This document shows, piece by piece, positions 56,138-64,000 of a stretch of DNA of 64,000 nt (position 1 is its first letter; the number at the start of each line of letters is the position of its first letter). The notes beneath the pieces are model-generated. The model ran no database searches. It was not told the DNA's origin and worked only from the letters and a program-made list of their open reading frames with translations. The position numbers and the translations under genes are program-made. Source of the DNA: Alphaproteobacteria bacterium (GTDB taxonomy: Bacteria; Pseudomonadota; Alphaproteobacteria; RF32; CAG-239); the NCBI GenBank assembly GCA_015062535.1, contig SUUK01000002.1, positions 98,724-162,723 on the forward strand, written 5' to 3'.

Positions 56138-57501
56138 TATAATTTCTCCAATATTTCATATCCCATATCGGTTATAGTGTTATCTCTTGCGCCCATTAAA
56201 ACTATTCTATCGTTTGGTTTGGCATTTTTTAAGATATATTCTTTTATTTCATCTCGTTTTTCAAAAAATAGCGCATTTGCATTAAGTGTTTTAGCATAGT
56301 CTACGAGGTCTTTTGATGAGATGTCTCTTTTTACTGTTCCTCCGGCAAAGAATATTTCTGGAATTAGCAATATGTCGTCTTTTAGCATATGGTTTGCAAA
56401 GCTTTCCATAATTTGTTTGCCCATCATACGCATTGGTGAGAAACCATGTGGCTGGAACATTATGATTAAACGACCTTCGTAATTTCTAAGTGCAGACATT
56501 GACGCAGATACTTTATCTGGATTGTGCGCAAAATCATCAATTACGGTAATGGCTTTTGTTTGACCAAGTATTTCTAGACGGCGTTTTGTGCCTAAAAATG
56601 TTTCTAAAATTTTGCATGAAGTATCTGGATTAATTCCAAGAAGAGAACAACAAGCAACTGCACACATAGCATTTGCTACATTAAATTTACCAATAAGGTT
56701 TAATTTGTATTGGGTTGAATTATGTGTGTAAAGCGTGCCATTTGGTATAGCTTTTATGTTTGATGCATAAAAATCTGCAGAAGAATCTTTGATGCTAAAT
56801 GAGACAATGTTTTTGTTTGATGATGCTAAAACTGATGAGTTTTCGCAATCTTTGTTGTATACTGCACCAAATTTTGCTTTTTTAGCGAAGTCTTTGAATA
56901 AGGCTTGCAATTCTTTAATTGATTTGTGGTCTAAGGTAATATTATTTATAACAGAGATATAAGGAGTATATTTTTCTATTGAGCCGTCGCTTTCATCTGC
57001 TTCGATAATGCAGTAATCTCCATTGTTTAAGATAACATTTGGAATGCCTTTAGTGTTTTCATAGTTTTTTAGAAGAGCACCATTTATAACAAGTGGGTTT
57101 TTAGATGCTTTATCTAAAATGTATCCAATCATGGCGGTTAGGGTTGATTTGCCACTTGTTCCACCTACTGCAATATTGTATGGGTATGAAGAAAAAATTT
57201 CTTCTAATAAGTCTGAGCGGTGCTTTATAGGAATGTTTAATTCTTTGGCTCTTTTTATATCTGGAATCGTATCTTCTACGGCGGTTGATGCATATAGTAC
57301 AGATGTATTTTCATCAAGCATTGAGCCATCTTGAGGATAGATTTTTATGCCGATATCAGTTAGTTTTTTTCTAATTTTTTCTTCTTTGTTTTGGTCAAAA
57401 CTTCTGTCAGAGCCTACAATATCGTTATTTTTATATTTCAATACTTGTGCTAGAGCACTCATACCACTACCTGCGATTGCGCAAAAACCTATTTTAGCCA
57501 T
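56137..57501 (-). CDS. mpl: UDP-N-acetylmuramate:L-alanyl-gamma-D-glutamyl-meso-DAP ligase (murein peptide ligase; MurC-family)
   Basis: MAKIGFCAIAGSGMSALAQVL N-terminal Rossmann, central GTSGKSTLTAM P-loop; start set at MAKIG Met (57501); operonic with ldcA. Confidence 0.68.
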   Translation of the reverse strand: MAKIGFCAIAGSGMSALAQVLKYKNNDIVGSDRSFDQNKEEKIRKKLTDIGIKIYPQDGSMLDENTSVLYASTAVEDTIPDIKRAKELNIPIKHRSDLLEEIFSSYPYNIAVGGTSGKSTLTAMIGYILDKASKNPLVINGALLKNYENTKGIPNVILNNGDYCIIEADESDGSIEKYTPYISVINNITLDHKSIKELQALFKDFAKKAKFGAVYNKDCENSSVLASSNKNIVSFSIKDSSADFYASNIKAIPNGTLYTHNSTQYKLNLIGKFNVANAMCAVACCSLLGINPDTSCKILETFLGTKRRLEILGQTKAITVIDDFAHNPDKVSASMSALRNYEGRLIIMFQPHGFSPMRMMGKQIMESFANHMLKDDILLIPEIFFAGGTVKRDISSKDLVDYAKTLNANALFFEKRDEIKEYILKNAKPNDRIVLMGARDNTITDMGYEILEKL

Positions 57502-57631
57502 TATGTTACCCTTGATGTTGTTCTTGTTTGGTAAAATATAGTATAAAATAGTTAAATTTTTTATAAAAAAACTTGAACACTGTTCAATATTGTTATAGAT
57601 TGTAAAAAAATACACAACGTTAGGTGATGAT

Positions 57632-58225
57632 ATGGCTAAAACAAAAGAAGAAATTAGAGTAGATTTAATTGTTAAAGCTCGTGAAATCTTGAAAGATAAA
57701 GGATTTGATTTTTTAACTGCTAGAAAGTTGTCTGAGTATTCTGGATATTCTGTTGGTACTATCTATAACCAATTTAAAAGTATGGATAATTTGGTTATGT
57801 GGGAGAACTGTTTGACTTTGGATGAGCTTAATGAATATTTGAAAAAAGCAGAGATGAGCTCAGATGCATATGTGAATTTAAATAGATTGGTTGAAAAATT
57901 TGTAGATTTTGTTTTAGAAAACAAGAATTTGTGGTTTACGCTTTATAATTTTCACTTCAAGGATATTATGGATGATTATGCGGTGTTTTATTTAAGACGA
58001 ATCGTAAAAATCATCCAAGTACTTGAGAATAATTTGTGTAAATTGTTTGTGAAAGTTCCAGGTGGTGAGCGCAAAGTTTCAACAGAAGTGTTGTTTATTA
58101 CTTTGTTTGCTCTTAGCTCTCTTTTGACAACAGAAAAAGAGTTTGTAAGACTTAATAAAAAGTATGTTGTAAAAGTGATGTTTAATACGTATTTAGCAGG
58201 AATTTCTATGCTTGCTAAGGGTTAG
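57632..58225 (+). CDS. TetR family transcriptional regulator
   Basis: N-terminal HTH ILKDKGFDFLTARKLSEYSGYSVGTIYNQFKSMDNL. Confidence 0.8.
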   Translation: MAKTKEEIRVDLIVKAREILKDKGFDFLTARKLSEYSGYSVGTIYNQFKSMDNLVMWENCLTLDELNEYLKKAEMSSDAYVNLNRLVEKFVDFVLENKNLWFTLYNFHFKDIMDDYAVFYLRRIVKIIQVLENNLCKLFVKVPGGERKVSTEVLFITLFALSSLLTTEKEFVRLNKKYVVKVMFNTYLAGISMLAKG

Positions 58226-59561
58226 GAATATTTTGTTCTAGGTGGGTTATGATTTGGGATGTGATTTCTTTTGCATCTCCTAATAGCATTAAGGTTTTTG
58301 CATCATAAAATAAGGGATTATCTAGGTTTGCATAACCTGGAGATAATGAGCGTTTTACAAAAAGAAGATGTTTTGCTTGTTCAACTTCAAGTATTGGCAT
58401 TTGGTAGATTGTTGAATCTTCTTTGGTTTTTGCAAGTGGGTTTGTTATGTCGTTTGCGCCTATTATGTAGACAACATCTGTTGTTTTGAATTCTTGATTA
58501 ATGTCTTTTAGTTCAAAGATATCGTCTGGATTGGCATTTGCTTCTGCTAAAAGTACGTTCATATGCCCTGGCATTCTTCCGGCAACGGGATGGATGGCAT
58601 ATTTTACGATAATATGGTATTTATCTTTTAATATTTCTGCAAGTGTTACTAGTTCATGCTCAGCATTTGATGATGCCATCCCATAACCGGGGACTATGAT
58701 GATTTTTTTAGCATTTTCCATTAAAAAAGCGGCATCTAAGGCGTTTCCTTGATTAAAATGTTTGTTTGATGAGTTAGATTTTTCTTTAGAATCGGATGGG
58801 GGTAAAAAAAAGATTTTAAGAAAACTTCGGTTCATTGATTTGGTCATAATGTATGTTAAAATTATCCCACTTGCTCCAATAATTGTTCCGGTGATGACAA
58901 GAATAGGAACATTTATACTAAATCCAACAAGTACAGTTGCCCAACCTGAAAGAGAATTTAATATTGAGATGATTATTGGCATATCTGCTCCGCCAATTGG
59001 AGATATGAAAAAGAATCCAAATAAAATTGAGGTGATTGATATAAAAGCTATGAAGGAGGGGAGAGTTTTGTTTGGGTAAAAATAGCTTAAGACAAGTAGA
59101 GTAAATAAAATTAGATTTATTAATTTTATTTTTGTAGCACTTTTGAAGTGATTTGAATTGTTTAATTTAAGATATGCTGAGATGGAACCTGAAAAGGTTA
59201 TGAAACTTAAGGTTAAAAGAAATGTGATTAATGTTTGATTGGTGGGGTTTAAGTTTATTTCTGTTAAGCCAATGAGTGATGCTGAAAGACCTCCAAATCC
59301 ATTGAGTAAGGCGATTATTTGAGGGAGGTTTTGGAGTTTTATTTTTTGAGAAATCGTAATACTAATTATTGCACCTAAAAGAATTATTGATGATGAAATT
59401 ATTAGAATATGTTTAGGTAATGATATTAGATTTGTGATTATGATTGTAAGCATTCCAATGAATGCAAGTAGGTTTCCTTTATATGCAACCTTGGGAGTAG
59501 AGAGCATATGAATTGCTATGATAAATAAAATATAAGTAAAAATGGATAAATAACTAGTCAT
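58215..59561 (-). CDS. pntB: NAD(P) transhydrogenase subunit beta
   Basis: 448 aa; membrane N-terminal half + dIII NADP(H)-binding domain (GYGMA...VIGANDIVNP-like blocks: PGYGMASSNAEHEL, YIIGANDITNP). Confidence 0.95.
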   Translation of the reverse strand: MTSYLSIFTYILFIIAIHMLSTPKVAYKGNLLAFIGMLTIIITNLISLPKHILIISSSIILLGAIISITISQKIKLQNLPQIIALLNGFGGLSASLIGLTEINLNPTNQTLITFLLTLSFITFSGSISAYLKLNNSNHFKSATKIKLINLILFTLLVLSYFYPNKTLPSFIAFISITSILFGFFFISPIGGADMPIIISILNSLSGWATVLVGFSINVPILVITGTIIGASGIILTYIMTKSMNRSFLKIFFLPPSDSKEKSNSSNKHFNQGNALDAAFLMENAKKIIIVPGYGMASSNAEHELVTLAEILKDKYHIIVKYAIHPVAGRMPGHMNVLLAEANANPDDIFELKDINQEFKTTDVVYIIGANDITNPLAKTKEDSTIYQMPILEVEQAKHLLFVKRSLSPGYANLDNPLFYDAKTLMLLGDAKEITSQIITHLEQNIPNP

Positions 59562-59826
59562 CTTTTTTCCTCGGTTTGAACATATTTAGCATACGTTTGG
59601 TTATGAAGAATCCACCAAAAATATTTAGAGATGCAAAAAATATTGAGAAGTATATCCATAAAGGAGAGATAAAAGAGGGTAGGTTATGTAGTATTTGTAG
59701 AGCTCCTAGTATGACAATACCTGAGATTGCATTAGTTAGGCTCATTAGAGGAGAGTGAAGTGTTGGAGTTACATGCCAAATGGCAAAATAACCAATAAAG
59801 ATTGATAGTATAAAAATGTTTATCAT
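59554..59826 (-). CDS. pntAB: NAD(P) transhydrogenase subunit alpha part 2 (membrane dII-alpha)
   Basis: 90 aa, 3 TM; TPTLHSPLMSLTNAISGIVILGAL conserved PntA C-terminal block. Confidence 0.88.
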   Translation of the reverse strand: MINIFILSIFIGYFAIWHVTPTLHSPLMSLTNAISGIVILGALQILHNLPSFISPLWIYFSIFFASLNIFGGFFITKRMLNMFKPRKKDD

Positions 59827-60800
59827 GATTTTTTTATCCTTTTTATGGTGTGTGTCATGGGAGATAGAATAGGATGGTTGAGGTCTATAATTTTTGGGTT
59901 AGATGTTATTAGCTCTATTAGATTTAGCATATTGTTTGCCCAAAGTATTGAAGCACTTTTAGGATGTAAGCGCTCTATTTTTGTGTTTCTATAAAATTTT
60001 AGATTACTAGAAGGTGGTATGCTGATGTTATTAGAAGAAGTGTCTACAATGATGGTATCTTCGTTAATATATGAAGAAACTTTTTGAGAAATTATATTGG
60101 GGGAGTTATTGTTATTTATAGCGCCGATTATGATGTTTTTGTCTTTTATTAGTTCTTGTAGTTCTTCTTGATTAGATGGTGTTTTAAGGGTGGCGCCAAC
60201 AGATTTTGCTAAATCAAAGTTTTCTTTGTTTATATCTAAAATTGTAACATCACAGCCATTTCTTTTTAGGACGTTAGAGGCTTGCAGACCGGTGATGCTT
60301 GCGCCAAGTATTAGGGCTTTGGCTGGTTTTAGAGTGGTTGAAGAGGTCATTAATAGAGGGGCAATAGTGGGTAATTTGCTTAAGGAATATATAGCGGAAG
60401 CATATCCTTTTATTGTGTCTTGTGAACTTAAAATATCTATACTTTGTGCAACAGATGTGCGAGGGACTTTTTCTAAACGAATAAACGTGATATTTAATGG
60501 TTTAGATTTAAAATTTGTAAAATTTGCAACTAAAATTTGTTTGTTGGTGAGTAAAGATAGGTATTTTGATGAAGGGGGAGAAATTTGCAATAAGAGGTCT
60601 GCTTTTTGATATATTTCGGCCGGTGGCATAAAAATAGCACCATTTTGCTCAAAAGTTTTGTTTTTGAAAAAAGATTTTACGCCTATGTCTTTTTCAATTA
60701 ACAAGGTGTGTCCTAATGATGTTAATTTTTGAACAACATCAGGTGTTAGGGGAGTTCTTGTTTCATTTGTATCATTTTCTAATATTGAGCCTATTATCAT
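59823..60800 (-). CDS. pntAA: NAD(P) transhydrogenase subunit alpha part 1 (soluble dI, NAD(H)-binding)
   Basis: 325 aa; alanine-dehydrogenase-like fold, ETRTPLTPDVVQKL, Rossmann ILGASITGLQA. Confidence 0.9.
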   Translation of the reverse strand: MIIGSILENDTNETRTPLTPDVVQKLTSLGHTLLIEKDIGVKSFFKNKTFEQNGAIFMPPAEIYQKADLLLQISPPSSKYLSLLTNKQILVANFTNFKSKPLNITFIRLEKVPRTSVAQSIDILSSQDTIKGYASAIYSLSKLPTIAPLLMTSSTTLKPAKALILGASITGLQASNVLKRNGCDVTILDINKENFDLAKSVGATLKTPSNQEELQELIKDKNIIIGAINNNNSPNIISQKVSSYINEDTIIVDTSSNNISIPPSSNLKFYRNTKIERLHPKSASILWANNMLNLIELITSNPKIIDLNHPILSPMTHTIKRIKKS

Positions 60801-60919
60801 AAAAAAACTTTTTGTTAATGTTTTATGTTGTATGGTCTAGACTGATATATGCAACAATGGAAAGATATCAATGGACAAAAATTAAAATATAATAAATAAT
60901 TTTACTAAAAGGGTTTGTT

Positions 60920-62434
60920 ATGCAAAAGAAATATAGAGATAAATGTTTGTGGTTTTTGAATTTTGGACTATTTTTTATTGGATTGTTTTTTTGTGTTTTA
61001 TTGTCTTATGTTAGAATCATTTTTGGTAAAATTGAAATAGAGCAATTGTTTGAGATATTTTTTAATAATATATTTAGAAGTTTTAGTTTTAAGATTGTTT
61101 ATGGATATATGTTTGTATCTATTGTAATTCCTTTGATTTTAACGTGTTTGTTATTTTATTTTTTTATACAATATAATAAAAAAAGTAATAAGAAACTTTT
61201 TTTATTAGGATGTTTTTTGTATGTGTTTGGAGTTATTGGCATCGGTGTTTTAGTTTCTTGGTATGCGGGTTTGGTTGCTAATTTAGATTTGTTTTATTTG
61301 TATTTAATTGGAGCTATATTGTATATTTGTATAGTTGGTAGAGATTTTAGCGCCTTTTCTGTTTTTTTATATGGAGTAGTTTTTATTATAGGGGTGTTTA
61401 TCTTTGTTTTAGATGAATGGAAATTTAGTAGTTATGATGATGAATTTTGTAAAAAAGTGGAGTTTGTAGATACAAAAGATATAAAGATTGATGAAAAGAG
61501 GAATATAATAGTTGTTTTTGCGGAAAGTTTTAGGTTGCGGGATAGTATTGTTAAAGTAAAAGGTGAAATATTTAAAATAGCAGATGAAGATGGTATTAAA
61601 TTTTCTAATTTTATAGAAGGTAGAGAAGCTCAAAATACATATGATGCTCTATTTTCTTTGTTAAATGGAATAGGGAAAAATGAGAAGTATGGATGTATTA
61701 AGCATATATCTAAAAATAATTTTATAGATATTTTTCAGAATCTAGCTTTGAAAGAAAGCTATATTGATTATTCTAAAGTGGGTATTGGAAATATTTTAGC
61801 AAATAATGGGTATAAAAATATATTTGTTAAAGGAGGAAATATAGATTTTTTTAATACGAGAGAACTTTTGTTATCTCAATCTTTTAAATGGGAAGATATT
61901 TATGATGAAAGTAGTTTTATCGAATGGTTAGAATATAAAAAAACATTGAAAGTAGATTGGTTTGGTCCTAAAGATGAAGATGTGTTTTTAAAATTTAAGC
62001 AAAAGATTGTGGAAGTAGATAATGAACAGCCTTTTTTTGCAGTAATGTTTACAGCAGATTGGCATTTAGATGATATACCAGGGTTAAAGAATCCTTTTTT
62101 TGATAATGATGTTGATCTTTTAAAATCTACAATAAATAATTTTAATGATTTTATTACATGGTTTAAAAAACAAGATTTTTATGAAAAAACAACGCTTGTG
62201 ATTTTGGCAGATCATAAAAAAATGGGTGTAATTAATAATGGTAAAAATGAAAAATTGTATAATGCTTTTTTTAATTTGCCTGAGGAATTGAAAAAAAATG
62301 CCAATCTTAATAGAAAGTTTTATCAAATAGATATGGCGCCTAGTATATTAGAAATTGCTGGTGCAAAACTTAATAATAAAAAATATGGTTTGGGTATTTC
62401 TATTTTTGATAATAATAGAGAAGGAACAAAATAA
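60920..62434 (+). CDS. membrane-anchored sulfatase-family (alkaline-phosphatase superfamily) transferase, LtaS/OpgB/EptA-like
   Basis: 504 aa; 5 N-terminal TM helices + periplasmic catalytic domain; C-terminal DMAPSILEIAG typical of LtaS/MdoB family. Confidence 0.65.
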   Translation: MQKKYRDKCLWFLNFGLFFIGLFFCVLLSYVRIIFGKIEIEQLFEIFFNNIFRSFSFKIVYGYMFVSIVIPLILTCLLFYFFIQYNKKSNKKLFLLGCFLYVFGVIGIGVLVSWYAGLVANLDLFYLYLIGAILYICIVGRDFSAFSVFLYGVVFIIGVFIFVLDEWKFSSYDDEFCKKVEFVDTKDIKIDEKRNIIVVFAESFRLRDSIVKVKGEIFKIADEDGIKFSNFIEGREAQNTYDALFSLLNGIGKNEKYGCIKHISKNNFIDIFQNLALKESYIDYSKVGIGNILANNGYKNIFVKGGNIDFFNTRELLLSQSFKWEDIYDESSFIEWLEYKKTLKVDWFGPKDEDVFLKFKQKIVEVDNEQPFFAVMFTADWHLDDIPGLKNPFFDNDVDLLKSTINNFNDFITWFKKQDFYEKTTLVILADHKKMGVINNGKNEKLYNAFFNLPEELKKNANLNRKFYQIDMAPSILEIAGAKLNNKKYGLGISIFDNNREGTK

Positions 62435-62967
62435 TGGCAGAATATGTAAAAATGTTTGTTTCTTTTTTTAAGATAGGGCTTTTTACCTTTGGTGGAGGGT
62501 ATGCAATGCTTCCTATGTTTAGAAAAGAACTTATAGAAAAAAATAATTACATAACAGAAGATGAACTAATGGATTATTATTCTATTGGGCAATGTACTCC
62601 GGGGATTATAGCTGTAAATGTTGCAACTTTTACGGGATATAAGGTGCGTAAAACGTTGGGAGGAATCGTTGCAACAAGTGCTATTGTGTTGCCATCACTT
62701 ATTGTAATTATGTCGATTGCAGGGATATTAGATATGGTTACAAATAATAGTATTGTTGAGCATGCTTTTAATGGCATTAGAATTGGTGTTACAGTATTAT
62801 TGTTTAATGAGCTTATAGGAATCGCACGAAAAAATATAAAAAATAAATTTCAAATAGGATTGCTTGTTATGGCTATTTGTTTGCTATTTTTAGGAGCTTC
62901 ATCAATTATGGCTGTTTTATTTGCAGGAATTATTGGCGGGGTTAGATTTTGGAGAATGGAAAAATGA
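62434..62967 (+). CDS. chrA: chromate transporter family protein (short ChrA, half 1)
   Basis: FFKIGLFTFGGGYAMLPMF...SIGQCTPGIIAVNVATFTGY ChrA signature. Confidence 0.8.
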   Translation: MAEYVKMFVSFFKIGLFTFGGGYAMLPMFRKELIEKNNYITEDELMDYYSIGQCTPGIIAVNVATFTGYKVRKTLGGIVATSAIVLPSLIVIMSIAGILDMVTNNSIVEHAFNGIRIGVTVLLFNELIGIARKNIKNKFQIGLLVMAICLLFLGASSIMAVLFAGIIGGVRFWRMEK

Positions 62968-63482
62968 TATTATTGTTATTGTTTTATGAGTTTTTCAAAA
63001 TTGGGCTTTTTGCCATTGGCGGTGGAGCAGTTACAATACCATTTTTATTTGATTTAACTGAAAAATATGACTGGTTTAGTAAAGAACAGTTGATTGATAT
63101 GATTGCTGTTTCTCAATCAACACCTGGTCCTATTGGGGTTAATATGGCAACTTTTGCCGGGTTTCAAACGGCTGGAATTGGTGGAGGAATTATAGCAACA
63201 ATTGGTCTTGTTTTGCCATCTTTGGTGATTGTTATTTTGATTTCTAAAATTTTAAGAAAATATATGAATAGTCCGCTTTTAAGTGAAATTATGTTGGCAA
63301 TACGTCCTGTTGTTATTGCGCTGATATTGTTTGCAAGTTTTGAACTTTTTGTTTTGAGTATAACAAGTTGGTATAGGGCGGGATTTGCGGTTTTACTTTT
63401 TGTTATGGTTTGGTTTTATAAAAGAAGCCCGATTTTTTATATTTTGCTTTCGGGTGTTTTAGGGGTTGTTTTAAAATTATAA
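62949..63482 (+). CDS. chrA: chromate transporter family protein (short ChrA, half 2)
   Basis: FFKIGLFAIGGGAVTIPFL...VSQSTPGPIGVNMATFAGF; overlaps half 1. Confidence 0.8.
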   Translation: MENGKMILLLLFYEFFKIGLFAIGGGAVTIPFLFDLTEKYDWFSKEQLIDMIAVSQSTPGPIGVNMATFAGFQTAGIGGGIIATIGLVLPSLVIVILISKILRKYMNSPLLSEIMLAIRPVVIALILFASFELFVLSITSWYRAGFAVLLFVMVWFYKRSPIFYILLSGVLGVVLKL

Positions 63483-63600
63483 TTTTATAACACTAAATGC
63501 TTGCTATTTAAAATTTTTTGATATAAAAAAGGGTAAATTTTAGAGCTTTATTTTGCCTTTAATGTTAGATTAGAGGCTTTTTTTGAGGAATAAATTAAAA

Positions 63601-64000
63601 TGAGTATTAGAAATATTGCCATTATTGCTCACGTTGACCATGGTAAAACAACATTGGTTGATGGATTACTTCGCCAAAGTGGTACTTTTAGAGATAATCA
63701 AAAAGTTGAAACTTGTGTAATGGATAGCAACGATTTGGAGCGTGAAAGAGGTATTACAATTTTATCTAAGTGTACTGCGGTTGATTGGGAAAATACACAT
63801 ATCAATATTGTAGATACTCCAGGACACGCAGACTTTGGTGGTGAAGTTGAACGAATTTTATCTATGGTTGATGGTGTAGTTTTATTGGTGGACTCTTCTG
63901 AAGGTCCTATGCCTCAAACAAAATTTGTGTTAGGTAAAGCTCTAAAAATAGGTTTGAAACCTATTGTGGTTATTAATAAAGCAGATAAACAAGATGCTAG
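63601..64000 (+). CDS. typA: translational GTPase TypA/BipA (5' part, continues beyond window)
   Basis: [30 protein letters not shown]...[16 protein letters not shown]; TypA N-terminus. Confidence 0.9.

Noticed and set aside
1-64000. CRISPR arrays, IS elements/transposases, integrases, rRNA genes
   Set aside because: Scanned both strands for regular 25-40 nt repeat-spacer periodicity and for transposase/integrase-like ORFs; none found.

Overview
This is a 64 kb, very AT-rich (about 30% GC) chromosomal segment from a Gram-negative bacterium. The long-form L28 (94 aa), the split pntAA/pntAB/pntB transhydrogenase, and kdsB with RND efflux genes point to an alphaproteobacterium, plausibly a Rickettsiales- or Holosporales-like host-associated lineage; the taxonomic placement is inference. 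Housekeeping genes present are accA, rsmE, cmk, rpmB, a cbpA-like J-protein, acrR-acrA-acrB, kdsB, adk, lepA, nrdD-nrdG, trpS, a coaD fusion, ldcA-mpl, pntAA/AB/B, a chrA pair and the 5' end of typA, with three tRNAs (Arg-CCG, Pro-GGG, Glu-CUC). Between them sit accessory islets. (1) 12.3-15.9 kb: a cytoplasmic protein whose C-terminus looks like a GH23 lytic-transglycosylase domain is translationally coupled to a secreted Cys-rich protein, giving an effector/immunity-like architecture. It lies beside another secreted protein, two tandem RHH DNA-binding paralogs and an ELM1-like protein. (2) 26.0-28.4 kb: a bacterial serum-amyloid-A (SAA) domain protein coupled to a Cys-rich membrane protein, plus a P-loop kinase::inorganic-pyrophosphatase fusion. 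(3) 33.6-43.6 kb: an eight-gene glycan locus comprising a DUF4422 transferase, glf (UDP-galactopyranose mutase), GT2::LicD, a cytidylyltransferase::oxidoreductase fusion, two GT2, RgpF-like and WbsX-like genes. This predicts a galactofuranose-containing glycan decorated with polyol-phosphate or phosphocholine. (4) nrdD is interrupted by a single in-frame TAG, so the glycyl-radical domain sits on a separate 75-aa ORF that has its own RBS. Other noteworthy points are three tandem paralogous small membrane proteins next to tRNA-Pro, three HAD-family paralogs, a CoaD::HD-domain fusion, and an 18-nt direct repeat of the tRNA-Glu 3' end bracketing an esterase islet. There is a candidate structured ncRNA upstream of kdsB and tandem NrdR boxes upstream of nrdD. 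No CRISPR arrays, transposases or rRNA genes were seen.
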